Assembly: GCA_965219385.1 (NCBI GenBank)
Contig: CBDCNM010000001.1
Location: 918,631 to 982,630 of the forward strand
Direction of reading: 5' to 3'
DNA: 64,000 nucleotides
Origin: Candidatus Latescibacterota bacterium
Lineage (GTDB): Bacteria > Latescibacterota > UBA2968 > UBA8231
In this document: one piece after another, positions 1-10,077 of the stretch
How the letters are laid out: every line of letters begins with the position of its first letter
How positions within the stretch are numbered: the stretch's first letter is position 1
Program-made: the position numbers and the translations under genes
The notes under the pieces: generated by a model
The model's input: only the letters and a program-made list of their open reading frames with translations
Told to the model about the DNA's origin: nothing
Database searches by the model: none

Positions 1-642
1 CGCGTCGTCGCCTATCACGAGGCGGGTCACGCCATCGTCGGCGAAATATTGCCTCATTCCCATCCAATACAGAAAATCTCTATTGTCTCCCGTGGAAGGG
101 CCCTGGGTTATGTGCTGAATCTGCCTACCGAAGACCGCTATACCATGAGCAAAGACGAATTGCTGGACGATATCTGCATGTCGCTGGGCGGGCGGGCGGC
201 CGAGGAGATCGTGTTCAACGAGACCTGGACCGGGGCTGAAAACGACCTGCAAAAGGCCACGGAAATGGCCGAAAAAATGGTCAAGGAATACGGCATGAGC
301 AAGCGTGCCGGCCTGGTAGCGCACACCGAAGATCGCAGCCAGCAGTACCTGGGTATGCCCGGACACAACAGGAACTACAGCGAGAAGACCGCCCAGCTGA
401 TCGACGAGGAGATAGCCCAGATAATCAGCCACAATTTTGGCCGCGCCAAGCAGATCCTCACCGATAGAAGGGAAGTCCTGGAAACGCTGGTCGAGACGCT
501 CCTCGAAAAAGAGGTTCTGGACGGCGATGAATTGCGGATGTTGTTGGGCGAGCCGGACGGGGCCGTGGAGGCGACCGGGGAAGAAGAGCCCCAGGGTTCA
601 TCCGAGGAGGCCTCCGAAGATGCCACCCAGGCAGTGAAATAA
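1..642 (+). CDS. ftsH: ATP-dependent zinc metalloprotease FtsH, C-terminal peptidase M41 part (5' end outside window)
   Basis: Frame 1 reads RVVAYHEAGHA (HExxH), followed by LGGRAAEE and TGAENDL motifs. Confidence 0.95.
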   Translation, partial: RVVAYHEAGHAIVGEILPHSHPIQKISIVSRGRALGYVLNLPTEDRYTMSKDELLDDICMSLGGRAAEEIVFNETWTGAENDLQKATEMAEKMVKEYGMSKRAGLVAHTEDRSQQYLGMPGHNRNYSEKTAQLIDEEIAQIISHNFGRAKQILTDRREVLETLVETLLEKEVLDGDELRMLLGEPDGAVEATGEEEPQGSSEEASEDATQAVK

Positions 643-652
643 GCCCGAGGCC

Positions 653-1031
653 TCAACAAACTTCGGTGATAACTTCGAGTTCGACCGTAGCCCCGAGGGG
701 GAGTTCGAGGACCCCGATGGTCATGCGGTTTACCACCTGTGGTTGAGCGGTAAACCCTTCTGCCGAACAGACGAATCCCGTCGACGCACCAACTGCCGAG
801 GTTGTCGAGGGGGCCAATCTCGGCTTTGAGGATGCTCAGCGCATTGAGCGCACAAAGCCTGGTCGCCTCGTAGCCTTCCTCCACACCGAGGTCTTTCCCC
901 ACTCTGCCGGTGAATTCTATCTTCCCTGCTTTGAGAGGCAATTGGCCGGCAACGAAGATCAGATTGCCGCTGCGCACCGCGCGAGTGTAGGATCCGGCGG
1001 GTTGGGGAGGGGGGGGTAGTTCCAGCCCTAA
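653..1031 (-). pseudogene. RidA/YjgF family protein, main 3' part; interrupted by IS stack and further decayed
   Basis: LGLELPPPPQPAGSYTRAVRSGNLIFVAGQLP...; frameshift near 780-800; the other frame gives TGFVCSAEGFTAQPQVVN then RMTIGVLELPLGATVELEVI, with the usual GASxLL...GRHA segment missing. Confidence 0.88.
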
Positions 1032-1360
1032 GAAGCTGTTGAGTTATTCAGATGCATTTAGCGACCGTAATCTTTATCATGGCAATACGAATCATGTTCT
1101 CTGCGGATTGGGTGAGGATTTCGAAGTCTTTGGCCAAGCGTCGAAATCCACCCAACCAAGCCAAGGTTCGTTCGATGATCCAGCGTTTGGGCACCACTTG
1201 GAACCCTTGGGTTGGTTTATCCGCTATATCGAGTCGCAACCCCAACAGGTTTTCAACGAATGCAACGGTGGTACCGCGATAGCCTTGGTCGCCGCAGAAG
1301 GCTTCGACCACCGAATCATACTTTTCCGCGACCCGATCACATACGTCCCATCCTTGGCTA

Positions 1361-2314
1361 GGCTGTGTACGATAATTGCTTGAAATAGTATTGGGACGTG
1401 GTATACTCTCTTTCAACCATTGAATCGAAGGAGGGGATACCGATGGCCCGCTACGACTTAACCGATGAAGAATTTGCCCTGCTAAAGCCGTTGTTACCTG
1501 CCGAACGGTCGGGCAAACCGGGCTGCCCTTATCGGAGTCATCGCCAAGTGCTCAACGGCATTTTCTGGATTTTACGCACCGGCGCGCCTTGGCGCGATTT
1601 GCCCCCCCGGTACGGCCCTTGGAGCACGGGGGCCGACCGGTTTCGTCGTTGGGAACAAAAAGGCTTATGGCAACAGATCCTGGATGCGTTAGAAGCCCAA
1701 GCGCGCCATATGGATCAGATCGATTTTACGTTCGCCGCCCTCGATGGGAGCATCGTTCGGGCGCATAAAGCAGCCGCCGGGGCAAAAAAAACATAAATGG
1801 TGTTTCCATAAGCCGTGAAGAAAGCCTTCAAAAACAGGGGCTTGGGCAAAGCCGTGGCGGCTATACCACCAAAATTCATGTCCTTTGTGAAGGGGCGGGC
1901 AAGCCCATCACGGTTACCATAACCCCGGGTCAGCAGCATGAATCCACCCAGGTAGACGCCTTGCTCGATTCAGTGGCCATTGGAGGCAAACCCGGTCCCA
2001 AGCGCACCCGGTTTGAAGCCCTGGCCGGTGATAAAGCCTATGATAGTCAATCCATCCGCGAGAAACTGCGCCAACGGCGAACCAAGCCCGTGATCGCCCA
2101 TCGAAAAAATCGGCAGGGGGAGTATCCCCCTGAGGCCATCGGATTCGACAAGGACTTATATCGGCAGCGCAATGTGGTGGAACGACTCATCGGACGGCTC
2201 AAAGAAAACCGACGCATTGCCACCCGATATGAAAAACACGCCGACAGGTATCAGGCGATGATCATACTCGCTTTCATCCGTATTTGGCTCAAAAACCTTT
2301 TATCGTACACAGCC
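1361..2314 (+). mobile_element. IS5-family (IS427-like) element nested in element A
   Basis: IRs GGCTGTGTACGATAA / TTATCGTACACAGCC, TA duplicated on each side; removing it restores HAAKVADTSQG in the element A transposase. Confidence 0.9.
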
Positions 2315-2317
2315 TAG
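1443..2317 (+). CDS. IS5/IS427-type transposase, orfA+orfB probably joined by -1 frameshift
   Basis: orfA MARYDLTDEE...LRTGAPWRDLP ends at an A8 run (1784-1791); the -1 frame continues GQSRGGYTTKIH...GDKAYD...RNVVER...RIATRYEK. Confidence 0.85.
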
Positions 2318-2580
2318 TATCGGCCACCTTGGCGGCATGTACTTGGACGGTCAGCATATTACCCAGCGTATCGGGGGCGAGGTGGCGTTTACGGCCTTTG
2401 ATCTTTTCCCCCCCCATCCACGCCTCGATCCTGACTGGCCTATTGGGTTTTAACCGATTGCGAATCGATCAAGGCATAGGTCGGATGCTCGTTTTTGCCC
2501 TGCTTGTGACGGGCGCGCTCATGCAGCGCGTCCAGGGCTTGTTCCCACACGCCACGCTGATTCCAGCGTCGGTAATGGTC

Positions 2581-3999
2581 CTAGCAGGCCGTTGAAAAAC
2601 CAGGGTTTTTGCACAATGCACTGTGGGATAGGACGGCACCGATCTTGAACCTCCATTTGCAAGCAAAGGTCTCGAAAGCACCCAGACCTTTGCTAATGCG
2701 ATCCCAAGCCCGTTTGAGCCGGTTAGTAACGACGAAAAAGCCCGATATCAGGCCATGGAGACCCCTCGGAGTCCCCTTCCCGGTGATTTTGCGCATCACC
2801 AACCCCAGATTAAAAGCGCCGCCATGAATACACCGGCGTTTATAGATCTTGTCCTGACTGCGCAGGTGCGTGCGTCGCAGGCCCCCCGTTTCATAAGCGT
2901 GGGCGAAACTGCGTTCCGCGTACTCAGCGCGAAGCCGTTGCAGGGCGTGGCCACGGACCCCTCGTATGCGACGCCGATTGGCATACACGGCCGCCTTGGC
3001 CTGGGGATCATTCTTCCACTGGCGGCGCCCGCGACCGGGTTCGGAAAGGTAGCTGCGGATCTGAGCGCGCTTCAACGTCTTGGCGGTGTAATTGCTGTGA
3101 TAGCCCTTGTCCGTTACCACTTCGGTGAGCACGGGCGGCGGCGGCCGTCCTTTGTGAGCCGCCTCGGCGACCAGGCTCGCCTCCAGATTCATGGAGGCCT
3201 GCAGCAGACTCCAGGGCAGAGACGCCGTATCGCCCTCGTCAGCGCCGCACACCTGAATCGCTACCAGGGCCTGGGTGTCCAGATCGATCGTATGCTCCGC
3301 CTTGTGCGCCAAGTGGGTACGCCCGTCTTTCATCTTGGTAATGCGCGCCTCCGGGTCATGGGGGTGTTGCCAGTCCTGGTTGGAGCCTTTGTGCGCACGC
3401 TTCTGGTCGAGCTGGGCCAGATCCTGCCGCGTCGGCGTCTCGATGCCTTCGGCCTGGGCCAGCCCCTCCAGATAGGTGTGGTAGCTTTCCCCACTGTCGC
3501 GCCGCACGATGCGGCGCAGGGCGGCGTTGGCCTCCAGCGTGGTGGCGTCCACCGCCACTGTCTTCCCCTTGAGCAGGCCTTCCTGGGCCAGCACCTTCAG
3601 CACCCAGTTGAAGACCTCCTGATGCACCTCCAGCGGCAGGCGCTGACGAATGCGCGACCGGCTCGAATGGTCCGGTGTGGTCTCGGTCAAGGCGTAGCCC
3701 AGAAAGTGGCGCAAGGCCAGCGAATCGGCGACCCGCCCGTCCATGCCGCGCTCCGAGCCCAAGCCCTCGAAATAGCCGATCATGAGCATGCGGAAATAGA
3801 CCCCGGGGGCAATACTGGGTCGTCCCAAGGTCTCCGCATAATAGGGGGCGCAGCGCGCTTCCACGAAGGCATCAAATCCATGCGATGCCAGCAGCTTATT
3901 GAGTTGGGCATAAAACGGATGCCCCGGCGCCTCGGGCAGGTCATGGGTCTGTACCCACATCTCCTGCTGCTGACTTTCTCGACGCTTGCTCATCGACAT
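2581..3999 (-). CDS. IS1182-like DDE transposase
   Basis: GRPSIAP, PDHS, VDATTLEANA, DPEAR, DKGYH and ERSFAH motifs; GGAGG upstream; the stop codon is supplied by the CTAG target. Confidence 0.85.
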   Translation of the reverse strand: MSMSKRRESQQQEMWVQTHDLPEAPGHPFYAQLNKLLASHGFDAFVEARCAPYYAETLGRPSIAPGVYFRMLMIGYFEGLGSERGMDGRVADSLALRHFLGYALTETTPDHSSRSRIRQRLPLEVHQEVFNWVLKVLAQEGLLKGKTVAVDATTLEANAALRRIVRRDSGESYHTYLEGLAQAEGIETPTRQDLAQLDQKRAHKGSNQDWQHPHDPEARITKMKDGRTHLAHKAEHTIDLDTQALVAIQVCGADEGDTASLPWSLLQASMNLEASLVAEAAHKGRPPPPVLTEVVTDKGYHSNYTAKTLKRAQIRSYLSEPGRGRRQWKNDPQAKAAVYANRRRIRGVRGHALQRLRAEYAERSFAHAYETGGLRRTHLRSQDKIYKRRCIHGGAFNLGLVMRKITGKGTPRGLHGLISGFFVVTNRLKRAWDRISKGLGAFETFACKWRFKIGAVLSHSALCKNPGFSTAC

Positions 4000-4108
4000 A
4001 CAACAACCTCCTTCAGCTATTACTAATCTAGAATAGAAAGAATAGACTTGTATGCCAAGTCGCCTATTTTTGATATAGCAGAACTTTTCAGCCTTTTTCA
4101 ACGGCCTG
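2585..4108 (-). mobile_element. IS1182-like element nested in element A
   Basis: IRs CAGGCCGTTGAAAAA at both ends; CTAG duplicated at 2581-2584 and 4109-4112. Confidence 0.85.
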
Positions 4109-4391
4109 CTAGACGGTATCCCAAGGGGGAAAATCAAGCGGCAGCATCCGCCACGGAATACCCCCTTTGACGACCTATAAAATGGCATTGACCACCTCGC
4201 GTTTGGCATACTTGCCGGGGTTGCCCCGGGGATCAGGACGGTCGAAAAACCCCGCGATCAGGGCCCATTCTGGATCCGTCAAGTCACTTGGATACCCGCC
4301 CATACTAAAAGCCTCCCTGCGCAAAAAAGACAGCAAGCAATACATTATACATACAATACATACAGAGCTTTTTTAACTCAACAGCTTCTTA

Positions 4392-5840
4392 GCTCGACTT
4401 TATCCATTTATGTAGCGTACGAGACGGTGTGTATCAAGCGGTTGAGTAGGCTTCGAGGGATTTTTATCAGGTCGTGTTGGTTGGGCAGGTTGGAAAAAGC
4501 CTGCCAGAGCCGTTGTCGGACCCAGGCCACGGCATCGGAAAAGGTGGGTTTTCGTTTGCCATACCAGGCCGTGGCATGGCAGGGGGAGGCGCTTTTGGGG
4601 GCCAGCCGATTGGCGATGAGGGCGACCAGACTAAACAAGGCCAAGATGACCGGCGTGGTCCGGGCAATGGCCCGCTCATTCCATTGGCGTTGGGTTTCCA
4701 TGCCCAGATGGGCGCGGGCTTCCTCAAAGGTAGTTTCTACCGACCAGCGTTGGAGAAAATAGGTCAGCATTTGCCGAGGGGACAGACGCACATCGGTCGA
4801 GAGCAAGGCTTGGGGCGCGAAGCGGCCGGCCGGGTCTCGGATCAGCAGCCAGCGGAGGGGCACGGCGGGCAAGCCAGTGTGATACCACAGCGCCGTTTGG
4901 CTGTAGGTTTCCACTGTATAGGGGCCGGCGGCATACCACCGGTCCAGGGTGAGGGGGTGCCAAGGGGTAGTCGGATCGTCCAGGTGCTGCTGGAGGGTGG
5001 GCTGCCGGGCGCCTTTGCCGCGGGGGCGTCCCCGCGTGTGCGGCGTGCGGGTTGGTGGTGGGTCATACAGGGCCGCATCCAACCGCAAGCGGGTAATCAG
5101 CCCCACGTGGGGCCGAACCGCGTCGAGAAAGGCCAAGGCGGAGAAGGTGCTATCGGCGACCACGACCAGCCGGCGGGTGGGCAGCCAGCGCGCTACCAGC
5201 TTGAGCATAGTCTGCCCCCGTTGCAACAGGGTGAGGGGGGTGCGCTGGCGCTGAGTATAGTAGCGGGCCGACGGACACAGCACACTCATAAAGGGTAAGG
5301 CCCAACTTCGATCCGCCCAAGGGATAGGCGCTACCAGCATCAACGACAGCCAGCGCAAGCCGCTAGCCTTGACCAGGTGGGGCCCACTCGAGCGGACGGG
5401 ATCCCGGTAGATGCCTCGGGCCCCAATCTGGGCGCCCCGGCGCCGCTCGATGGTCTCATCCAGGCCCAGGACCAGGGGCCCGTGGGGGGCAAAGGCGGCC
5501 ACCAACGCCTGGAGGAGTAGCTTACTGCCGGCCAGGGGCGACCACACACAGCGGTTGAGGATCCGGTGGTAGGTTTGAAAGGTAGGCTGTTGGCTCAAGC
5601 CCAACACCTCCAACACGGCGCTGACCGTGCGTTTACCCGGGGCTAACAGCGCCCCGACCAACAGCGTCTGAGCCTGCGGCCAAACGCGGCTCGAAAAAAG
5701 GGGGGCAAAGGGCGACAAAATCGTTATTATATCTTTCGGCAGGGGGCTCATCGGTTTCTCCTGGGCTGTCGATGCTTGGATACCATCAACAGTACGGAGG
5801 ATACCGGCCTCCTGCCATGCGCGTTTGGATAAAATCGAGC
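4392..5840 (-). mobile_element. IS701-family element between IS5 elements A and B
   Basis: IRs GCTCGACTTTATCCA / TGGATAAAATCGAGC, flanked by TTA(G) on both sides. Confidence 0.82.
4408..5751 (-). CDS. IS701-like DDE transposase
   Basis: LDETIERRRG, VVADS, RLRLDAALY, RWSVETTFEEARAHLG. Confidence 0.85.
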   Translation of the reverse strand: MSPLPKDIITILSPFAPLFSSRVWPQAQTLLVGALLAPGKRTVSAVLEVLGLSQQPTFQTYHRILNRCVWSPLAGSKLLLQALVAAFAPHGPLVLGLDETIERRRGAQIGARGIYRDPVRSSGPHLVKASGLRWLSLMLVAPIPWADRSWALPFMSVLCPSARYYTQRQRTPLTLLQRGQTMLKLVARWLPTRRLVVVADSTFSALAFLDAVRPHVGLITRLRLDAALYDPPPTRTPHTRGRPRGKGARQPTLQQHLDDPTTPWHPLTLDRWYAAGPYTVETYSQTALWYHTGLPAVPLRWLLIRDPAGRFAPQALLSTDVRLSPRQMLTYFLQRWSVETTFEEARAHLGMETQRQWNERAIARTTPVILALFSLVALIANRLAPKSASPCHATAWYGKRKPTFSDAVAWVRQRLWQAFSNLPNQHDLIKIPRSLLNRLIHTVSYAT

Positions 5841-5843
5841 TTA

Positions 5844-6775
5844 GAGGCCGTCTGAAAACCATGTTTATTCTAAGCGAGTCGTTTGAGTAGCAAGTAAATC
5901 ATGGCGATCTGAATCAACGCTTCGCTGTGGCGGGTCAACACTTCATAATCTCGGGCATGCCGACGAAAGTTCATCAACCACGCAAAGGTTCGTTCGACCA
6001 CCCACCGTCGTTTGAGCGGTGTAAATCCATTTCCTTGTTTAGCGACGACTTCCAAGTCGATCTTATGCGTCTTTTTTAAGTCGGCTACCCACCCTTTGAG
6101 ATCGGCTCCCACATAGCCGCCATCGACCCACAGCTTACGTAGCCTAGGTACGCCGGGCGCAACATAGCGGGTCAACACCCACTTCAAGCCGTCCCGATCG
6201 CCCACATCGGCGGCGGTGACTTCCACCGGCCGGATCCATCCCAAGGTATCTACCACCAGGTGACGTTTGCGTCCTTTGATCTTTTTGCCGGCGTCATAAC
6301 CGATTGTTTCTCCTTGGGTTGCCGTCTTGATGGTCTGGCTATCGACCCCGCCGGCCGACGGGGTCGATAGCCGACCCTGCCGGCGGCGTTCCCGCTGGGT
6401 GAGTCGATCCAATATCGGCGGCCAGACCCCTTGTAGGCTCCAGCGGCGAAAGTAGTCATACACCGTTTTCCACGGCCCCAAACTCGCGGGTAACAAAGCC
6501 CAAGGACAGCCGGTCTTGGTCAGATACAAAAGACCATTGATGATCTGGCGTGGATCCCGCCGCGGGCGGCCCGGCCCGCCAGGAGGCCACGTCGAGGCGG
6601 GTAGTAACGGCTTGATTAGACGCCATTGCGCATCGGTTAGATCGGTGGCATATTCGTCGGCAGGCGTACTCATCATCGGGGCCTTTCTATTCAGATTTTG
6701 TGGTGAAACCTGAATATGGCCCGATGAGTACGCCGATTCAAATACGGGCTACATCAAGAGTTTTCAGACGGCCTC
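5844..6775 (-). mobile_element. IS5-family (IS1031-like) element B, apparently intact
   Basis: 16-bp IRs GAGGCCGTCTGAAAAC / GTTTTCAGACGGCCTC. Confidence 0.9.
5870..6676 (-). CDS. IS5-family transposase
   Basis: YATDLTDAQW, DSQTIK, KGRKRH, DGGY, RWVVERTFAW. Confidence 0.92.
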   Translation of the reverse strand: MMSTPADEYATDLTDAQWRLIKPLLPASTWPPGGPGRPRRDPRQIINGLLYLTKTGCPWALLPASLGPWKTVYDYFRRWSLQGVWPPILDRLTQRERRRQGRLSTPSAGGVDSQTIKTATQGETIGYDAGKKIKGRKRHLVVDTLGWIRPVEVTAADVGDRDGLKWVLTRYVAPGVPRLRKLWVDGGYVGADLKGWVADLKKTHKIDLEVVAKQGNGFTPLKRRWVVERTFAWLMNFRRHARDYEVLTRHSEALIQIAMIYLLLKRLA

Positions 6776-6805
6776 TAAGGCTTTGAGCTTTTCTTCAGCC
6801 GACAT
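6776..6805 (-). pseudogene. 5' stub of the interrupted RidA-family gene
   Basis: MSAEEKLKA(L) joins in frame to LGLELPPPP at 1031 across the duplicated TAA target. Confidence 0.88.
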
Positions 6806-6892
6806 GTTGGATCTCTTGGATTGGGAGGGATAAACCCTTGCGAAAAGGTGAAATATACTACGATCGGCAATCCGGGCAAGGGAGTTGGGGGC

Positions 6893-8206
6893 ATGGGGAT
6901 TAGATCCAGATTCACTTCTTACCTGGACCGCAAATGGGACTCCCGGATTCTTCTCCAGAACCGGGATTTTTTCCGTTTGTGGCTGGCCTCTGGCCTGTGG
7001 GGGCAGGCCATGTGGATGGAGCAACTGGTGCTGGGCTGGGTGGCACTGGAGCTGACCAATTCGGCCTGGTGGGTAGCCCTGATCGGTTTTTACCGCTATT
7101 GCCCTCTGCTCCTGATCGGCCCCTTCAGCGCTGCCATCACCGATCGCTTCAAAAGGCGCTCGTTGATCGTGGTGCTCCAACTGTCCAATGGGATGGGGAT
7201 AGGGTTGTTGGCCGCGTTGATGGGACTCGGGGTGCTGGAGTACTGGCATATCGCCCTGGTCTCCCTGATCCTTGGGGCCTGCTGGGCTTTGGACTGGCCG
7301 ACTCGGAGGGCGCTGATCCCCGACCTGGTAGGCAAGGAGAGAGTGGTGGATGCCATGGTGCTGGAGAACTTATTCCAGGGCCTGACGCGGTTCACCGGTC
7401 CACTGGGAGCAGGGACTCTCCTGGCTCTTGTGGGCATGCTCGGAGCGCTGGTTGTCCTCGCCGTCCTAGGCATGGCCTCGACCTTGATCCTGCTGGGAAT
7501 GAAAACCGATGCCCGCGCCCCCTCGGCACCCAGGGGCATGCTGGATTTCTGGCAAAGCGCGAGAGCAGGTCTGGGGTACGTGCGCCGCCAGCCCCGGATC
7601 CTGGGAGCTGTGTTGACCACGGTGCTGATGAATGTCTGGGTCTTTCCTTATATGACCCTTCTGCCTGTATTCGCCCGCGACGTACTGCACCAGGGGCCCT
7701 TCGGACTGGGGCTCCTTGGGGCAGTACACGGGATCGGAACCTTTGTAGGTCTGGTGGTCGTCAATTCCGCCAGGAACTTCTGGAGTAAAGAGTGGCTCTT
7801 TGCGGGGGGGGCGGTTTTGACCTGTCTGGGCATAGCGGGGTTTGCATCTTCCACCTCATTTTTATTCTCTCTACTTCTCCTGATGGTAGCGGGGCTGGGA
7901 CACGCCAGTTTCAGTTCAATGCAAAGTTCGATCATTTTGCTGGAAGCCAGCGACGAAATGCGGGGCCGGGCCATGGGGGCCCTGGTACTTGCCATTGGCC
8001 TGGGCCCACTGGGGCGTTTACAGAGCGGAGCCATGGCCGCGGCCTGGGGAGCCCCTCTGGCAGTGGGTAGCATGGCGGCCTTAGCTGTACTGGGGATTCT
8101 GGTTGTTGTATTCATGGTGCCGGATTTTATTGGTGGTCTAAAGCCTGCAGAAGGTGGGGAACAGCGACTGGCCGCGCTATTGCGGGGACGGCGCAGCAGG
8201 GCCTAA
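6893..8206 (+). CDS. MFS transporter (MFS_3 / H+ antiporter-like)
   Basis: About 12 hydrophobic segments; DRFKRR, PTRRALIPDLV and DEMRGR motifs; start codon uncertain. Confidence 0.85.
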   Translation: MGIRSRFTSYLDRKWDSRILLQNRDFFRLWLASGLWGQAMWMEQLVLGWVALELTNSAWWVALIGFYRYCPLLLIGPFSAAITDRFKRRSLIVVLQLSNGMGIGLLAALMGLGVLEYWHIALVSLILGACWALDWPTRRALIPDLVGKERVVDAMVLENLFQGLTRFTGPLGAGTLLALVGMLGALVVLAVLGMASTLILLGMKTDARAPSAPRGMLDFWQSARAGLGYVRRQPRILGAVLTTVLMNVWVFPYMTLLPVFARDVLHQGPFGLGLLGAVHGIGTFVGLVVVNSARNFWSKEWLFAGGAVLTCLGIAGFASSTSFLFSLLLLMVAGLGHASFSSMQSSIILLEASDEMRGRAMGALVLAIGLGPLGRLQSGAMAAAWGAPLAVGSMAALAVLGILVVVFMVPDFIGGLKPAEGGEQRLAALLRGRRSRA

Positions 8207-8223
8207 CGCGGCTCCTGAAACCA

Positions 8224-8252
8224 TTGACGCTGAGCTTGCTCTCGTCTATATT
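8224..8252 (+). promoter_or_regulatory. sigma70-type promoter candidate
   Basis: TTGACG-N17-TATATT upstream of 8287. Confidence 0.5.
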
Positions 8253-8286
8253 GAAAAATTGACGAACCAGGCAGGGAGCTAGAGAC

Positions 8287-9051
8287 ATGGCCGATTCTGT
8301 AATTGCCGCACAATTATTCACCCTACGCGAGCACCTCAAAACCCCGGATGAGATTCGCCACAGTTTGAAAAAAGTGAGGGATCTGGGCTACGAAGCGGTC
8401 CAGATTTCGGGTCTTGGACCCATAAGCCCCGAAGAACTCCGGGCGCTAGTAGACGAGGTAGATTTGAAGATAATCTCCACCCACACCTCCTACGAGCGCA
8501 TCGTGAATGAACCACAGGCCGTCATCGCCGAACACCGGCTGTGGAATTGCAGGCACGTGGGGATTGGCGGCCTGCCTGCCGAGTACCGGAGCGAAGTGGG
8601 TTTTGGAGACTTTGCCAGGGAAGCTTCCCAAAAGGCGCGGCCCTTGATCGAGGCAGGGCTGACGTTCAACTACCACAACCACAGCTTTGAATTGGAGAAA
8701 TTCGCCGGAAGGACCGGGCTGGATATCCTTTGCGAGGAGAGCGAGCCCCAGGTGTTCTCGATGGAAATAGATACCTACTGGCTCCAGCACGGTGGTGGCA
8801 ATCCTGTCACCTGGCTGCGCAAGTTGAAGGATCGGCTGCGGGTCGTCCATCTGAAGGACATGGCCATGAAGGGCTCCGCCCAAGTATTCGCCGAGGTCGG
8901 AGAGGGCAATCTGGAGTGGCCGGAAATTCTGCAAGCCTGCAGGGAAGCGGGCATCGAATGGTATGTCGTCGAGCAGGATACCTGCCCGGGCGATCCCTTC
9001 GCCAGCCTGGGGCTGAGTCTGCGCAACCTGCGGCAGATGGGCCTGTATTAA
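8287..9051 (+). CDS. Sugar phosphate isomerase/epimerase (xylose isomerase-like TIM barrel)
   Basis: YHNH, EIDTYW, HLKD, VGEG and VEQD motifs. Confidence 0.9.
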   Translation: MADSVIAAQLFTLREHLKTPDEIRHSLKKVRDLGYEAVQISGLGPISPEELRALVDEVDLKIISTHTSYERIVNEPQAVIAEHRLWNCRHVGIGGLPAEYRSEVGFGDFAREASQKARPLIEAGLTFNYHNHSFELEKFAGRTGLDILCEESEPQVFSMEIDTYWLQHGGGNPVTWLRKLKDRLRVVHLKDMAMKGSAQVFAEVGEGNLEWPEILQACREAGIEWYVVEQDTCPGDPFASLGLSLRNLRQMGLY

Positions 9052-9075
9052 CCTCCCGCATTCAGGAGTATAAAC

Positions 9076-9849
9076 ATGGCACCACTAGCTCGTTTTGGTC
9101 TGGAAGACAAGGTGGTCATCGTGACCGGCGCAGGGCGCGGCATTGGCCGGACCATCGCCCTGGATGCGGCGCGTTCAGGCGCCAGGGTAGCGGCCGGCAG
9201 CCGGACGGTTGACGAACTGAGGAGCCTGGCTGAGGAAATAGAGGCCATGGGCGGTGCCTGCTTTTTTCACCACCTCGATGTAGTGGATGTGGCCTCCATC
9301 CAGGGATTTTTCGACGCGGTGGTCGGACACTTCGGCCGCATCGACGTGCTGGTGAACAACGCCGGGTACAACAAACTGGGGGCGGCCCTGGACTACGATG
9401 AGGAACTCTTCGATACAATAGTAGACGCCAACCTCAAGAATGTGTTCTTCTGCAGCCAGATCGCCGCCCGCCAGATGATAGCTCAGGGAGGAGGCAGTAT
9501 TGTCAATATTTCCTCCCAGGCCGGAGTGGTCGGAGCCCCGGAAAGAGGTCCATACAGTGGGGCCAAGGGCGGGGTCAACAACCTTACCCGCACCCTGGCG
9601 GCTGAATGGGCACCGCACCAGATTCGCGTCAATGCCGTGGCTCCGACCGTGACCCGTTCTCCCCTGGCCGAGCAGGCCATGCAGGATAGTCAGGTCTTTG
9701 CCGAGGCCGTGAAGACTAAGAACCTGCTGCGTGGGGACCTGGCCGAGCCCGAGGAGATGTCCGGGCCCGTGGTTTTTCTGGCTTCCGATGCGGCCGGCAT
9801 GATCACCGGTCATACCCTGGTTGTGGATGGGGGCTGGACGATTGTTTAG
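9076..9849 (+). CDS. SDR family NAD(P)-dependent oxidoreductase
   Basis: TGAGRGIG, NNAG, YxxxK (YSGAK). Confidence 0.93.
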   Translation: MAPLARFGLEDKVVIVTGAGRGIGRTIALDAARSGARVAAGSRTVDELRSLAEEIEAMGGACFFHHLDVVDVASIQGFFDAVVGHFGRIDVLVNNAGYNKLGAALDYDEELFDTIVDANLKNVFFCSQIAARQMIAQGGGSIVNISSQAGVVGAPERGPYSGAKGGVNNLTRTLAAEWAPHQIRVNAVAPTVTRSPLAEQAMQDSQVFAEAVKTKNLLRGDLAEPEEMSGPVVFLASDAAGMITGHTLVVDGGWTIV

Positions 9850-10077
9850 AAGCCTTTTTAAAATTCCTGGTGCGCCCCGAGCCCGCGCTGGCCGTGGCCG
9901 GCGTTGCCCCCGGGTTCAACAGCATGTTTGCAATATGGCAAAAGAGTTGTATTTTCCGTGCCTTGTACAATGAGATTATTCATTACTTAACGAAATACCT
10001 GTACCTATTTGGACCTCAAGGCCCGCACGGCCGCCCGCCGATTCCGTGAAGTACTGAATATTACGCGAAAATAGGGT

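Larger units (their letters stand above)
1032..4388 (-). mobile_element. IS5-family (IS1031-like) element A, defective, carrying two nested IS
   Basis: 15-bp terminal IRs GAAGCTGTTGAGTTA (1032) / TAACTCAACAGCTTC (4388). Transposase lies in three pieces: 4303-4113 MGGYPSDLTDPEW, 2580-2317 IDSQSVK...KGRKRH, and 1360-1048 GDQGY...KRWIIERTLAWL. It also has an internal TAG and a frameshift. Confidence 0.88.

Noticed and set aside
2440..2584. In-frame TAG codons in the element A transposase as possible stop-codon recoding
   Set aside because: The element is also frameshifted and interrupted, and many intact genes in the window end in TAG.
2755..4026. Long antisense and alternative-frame ORFs (for example 2755-4026, 13171-14496, 21300-22715, 46972-48051)
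   Set aside because: They are shadows of real genes in GC-rich DNA and have no motifs.
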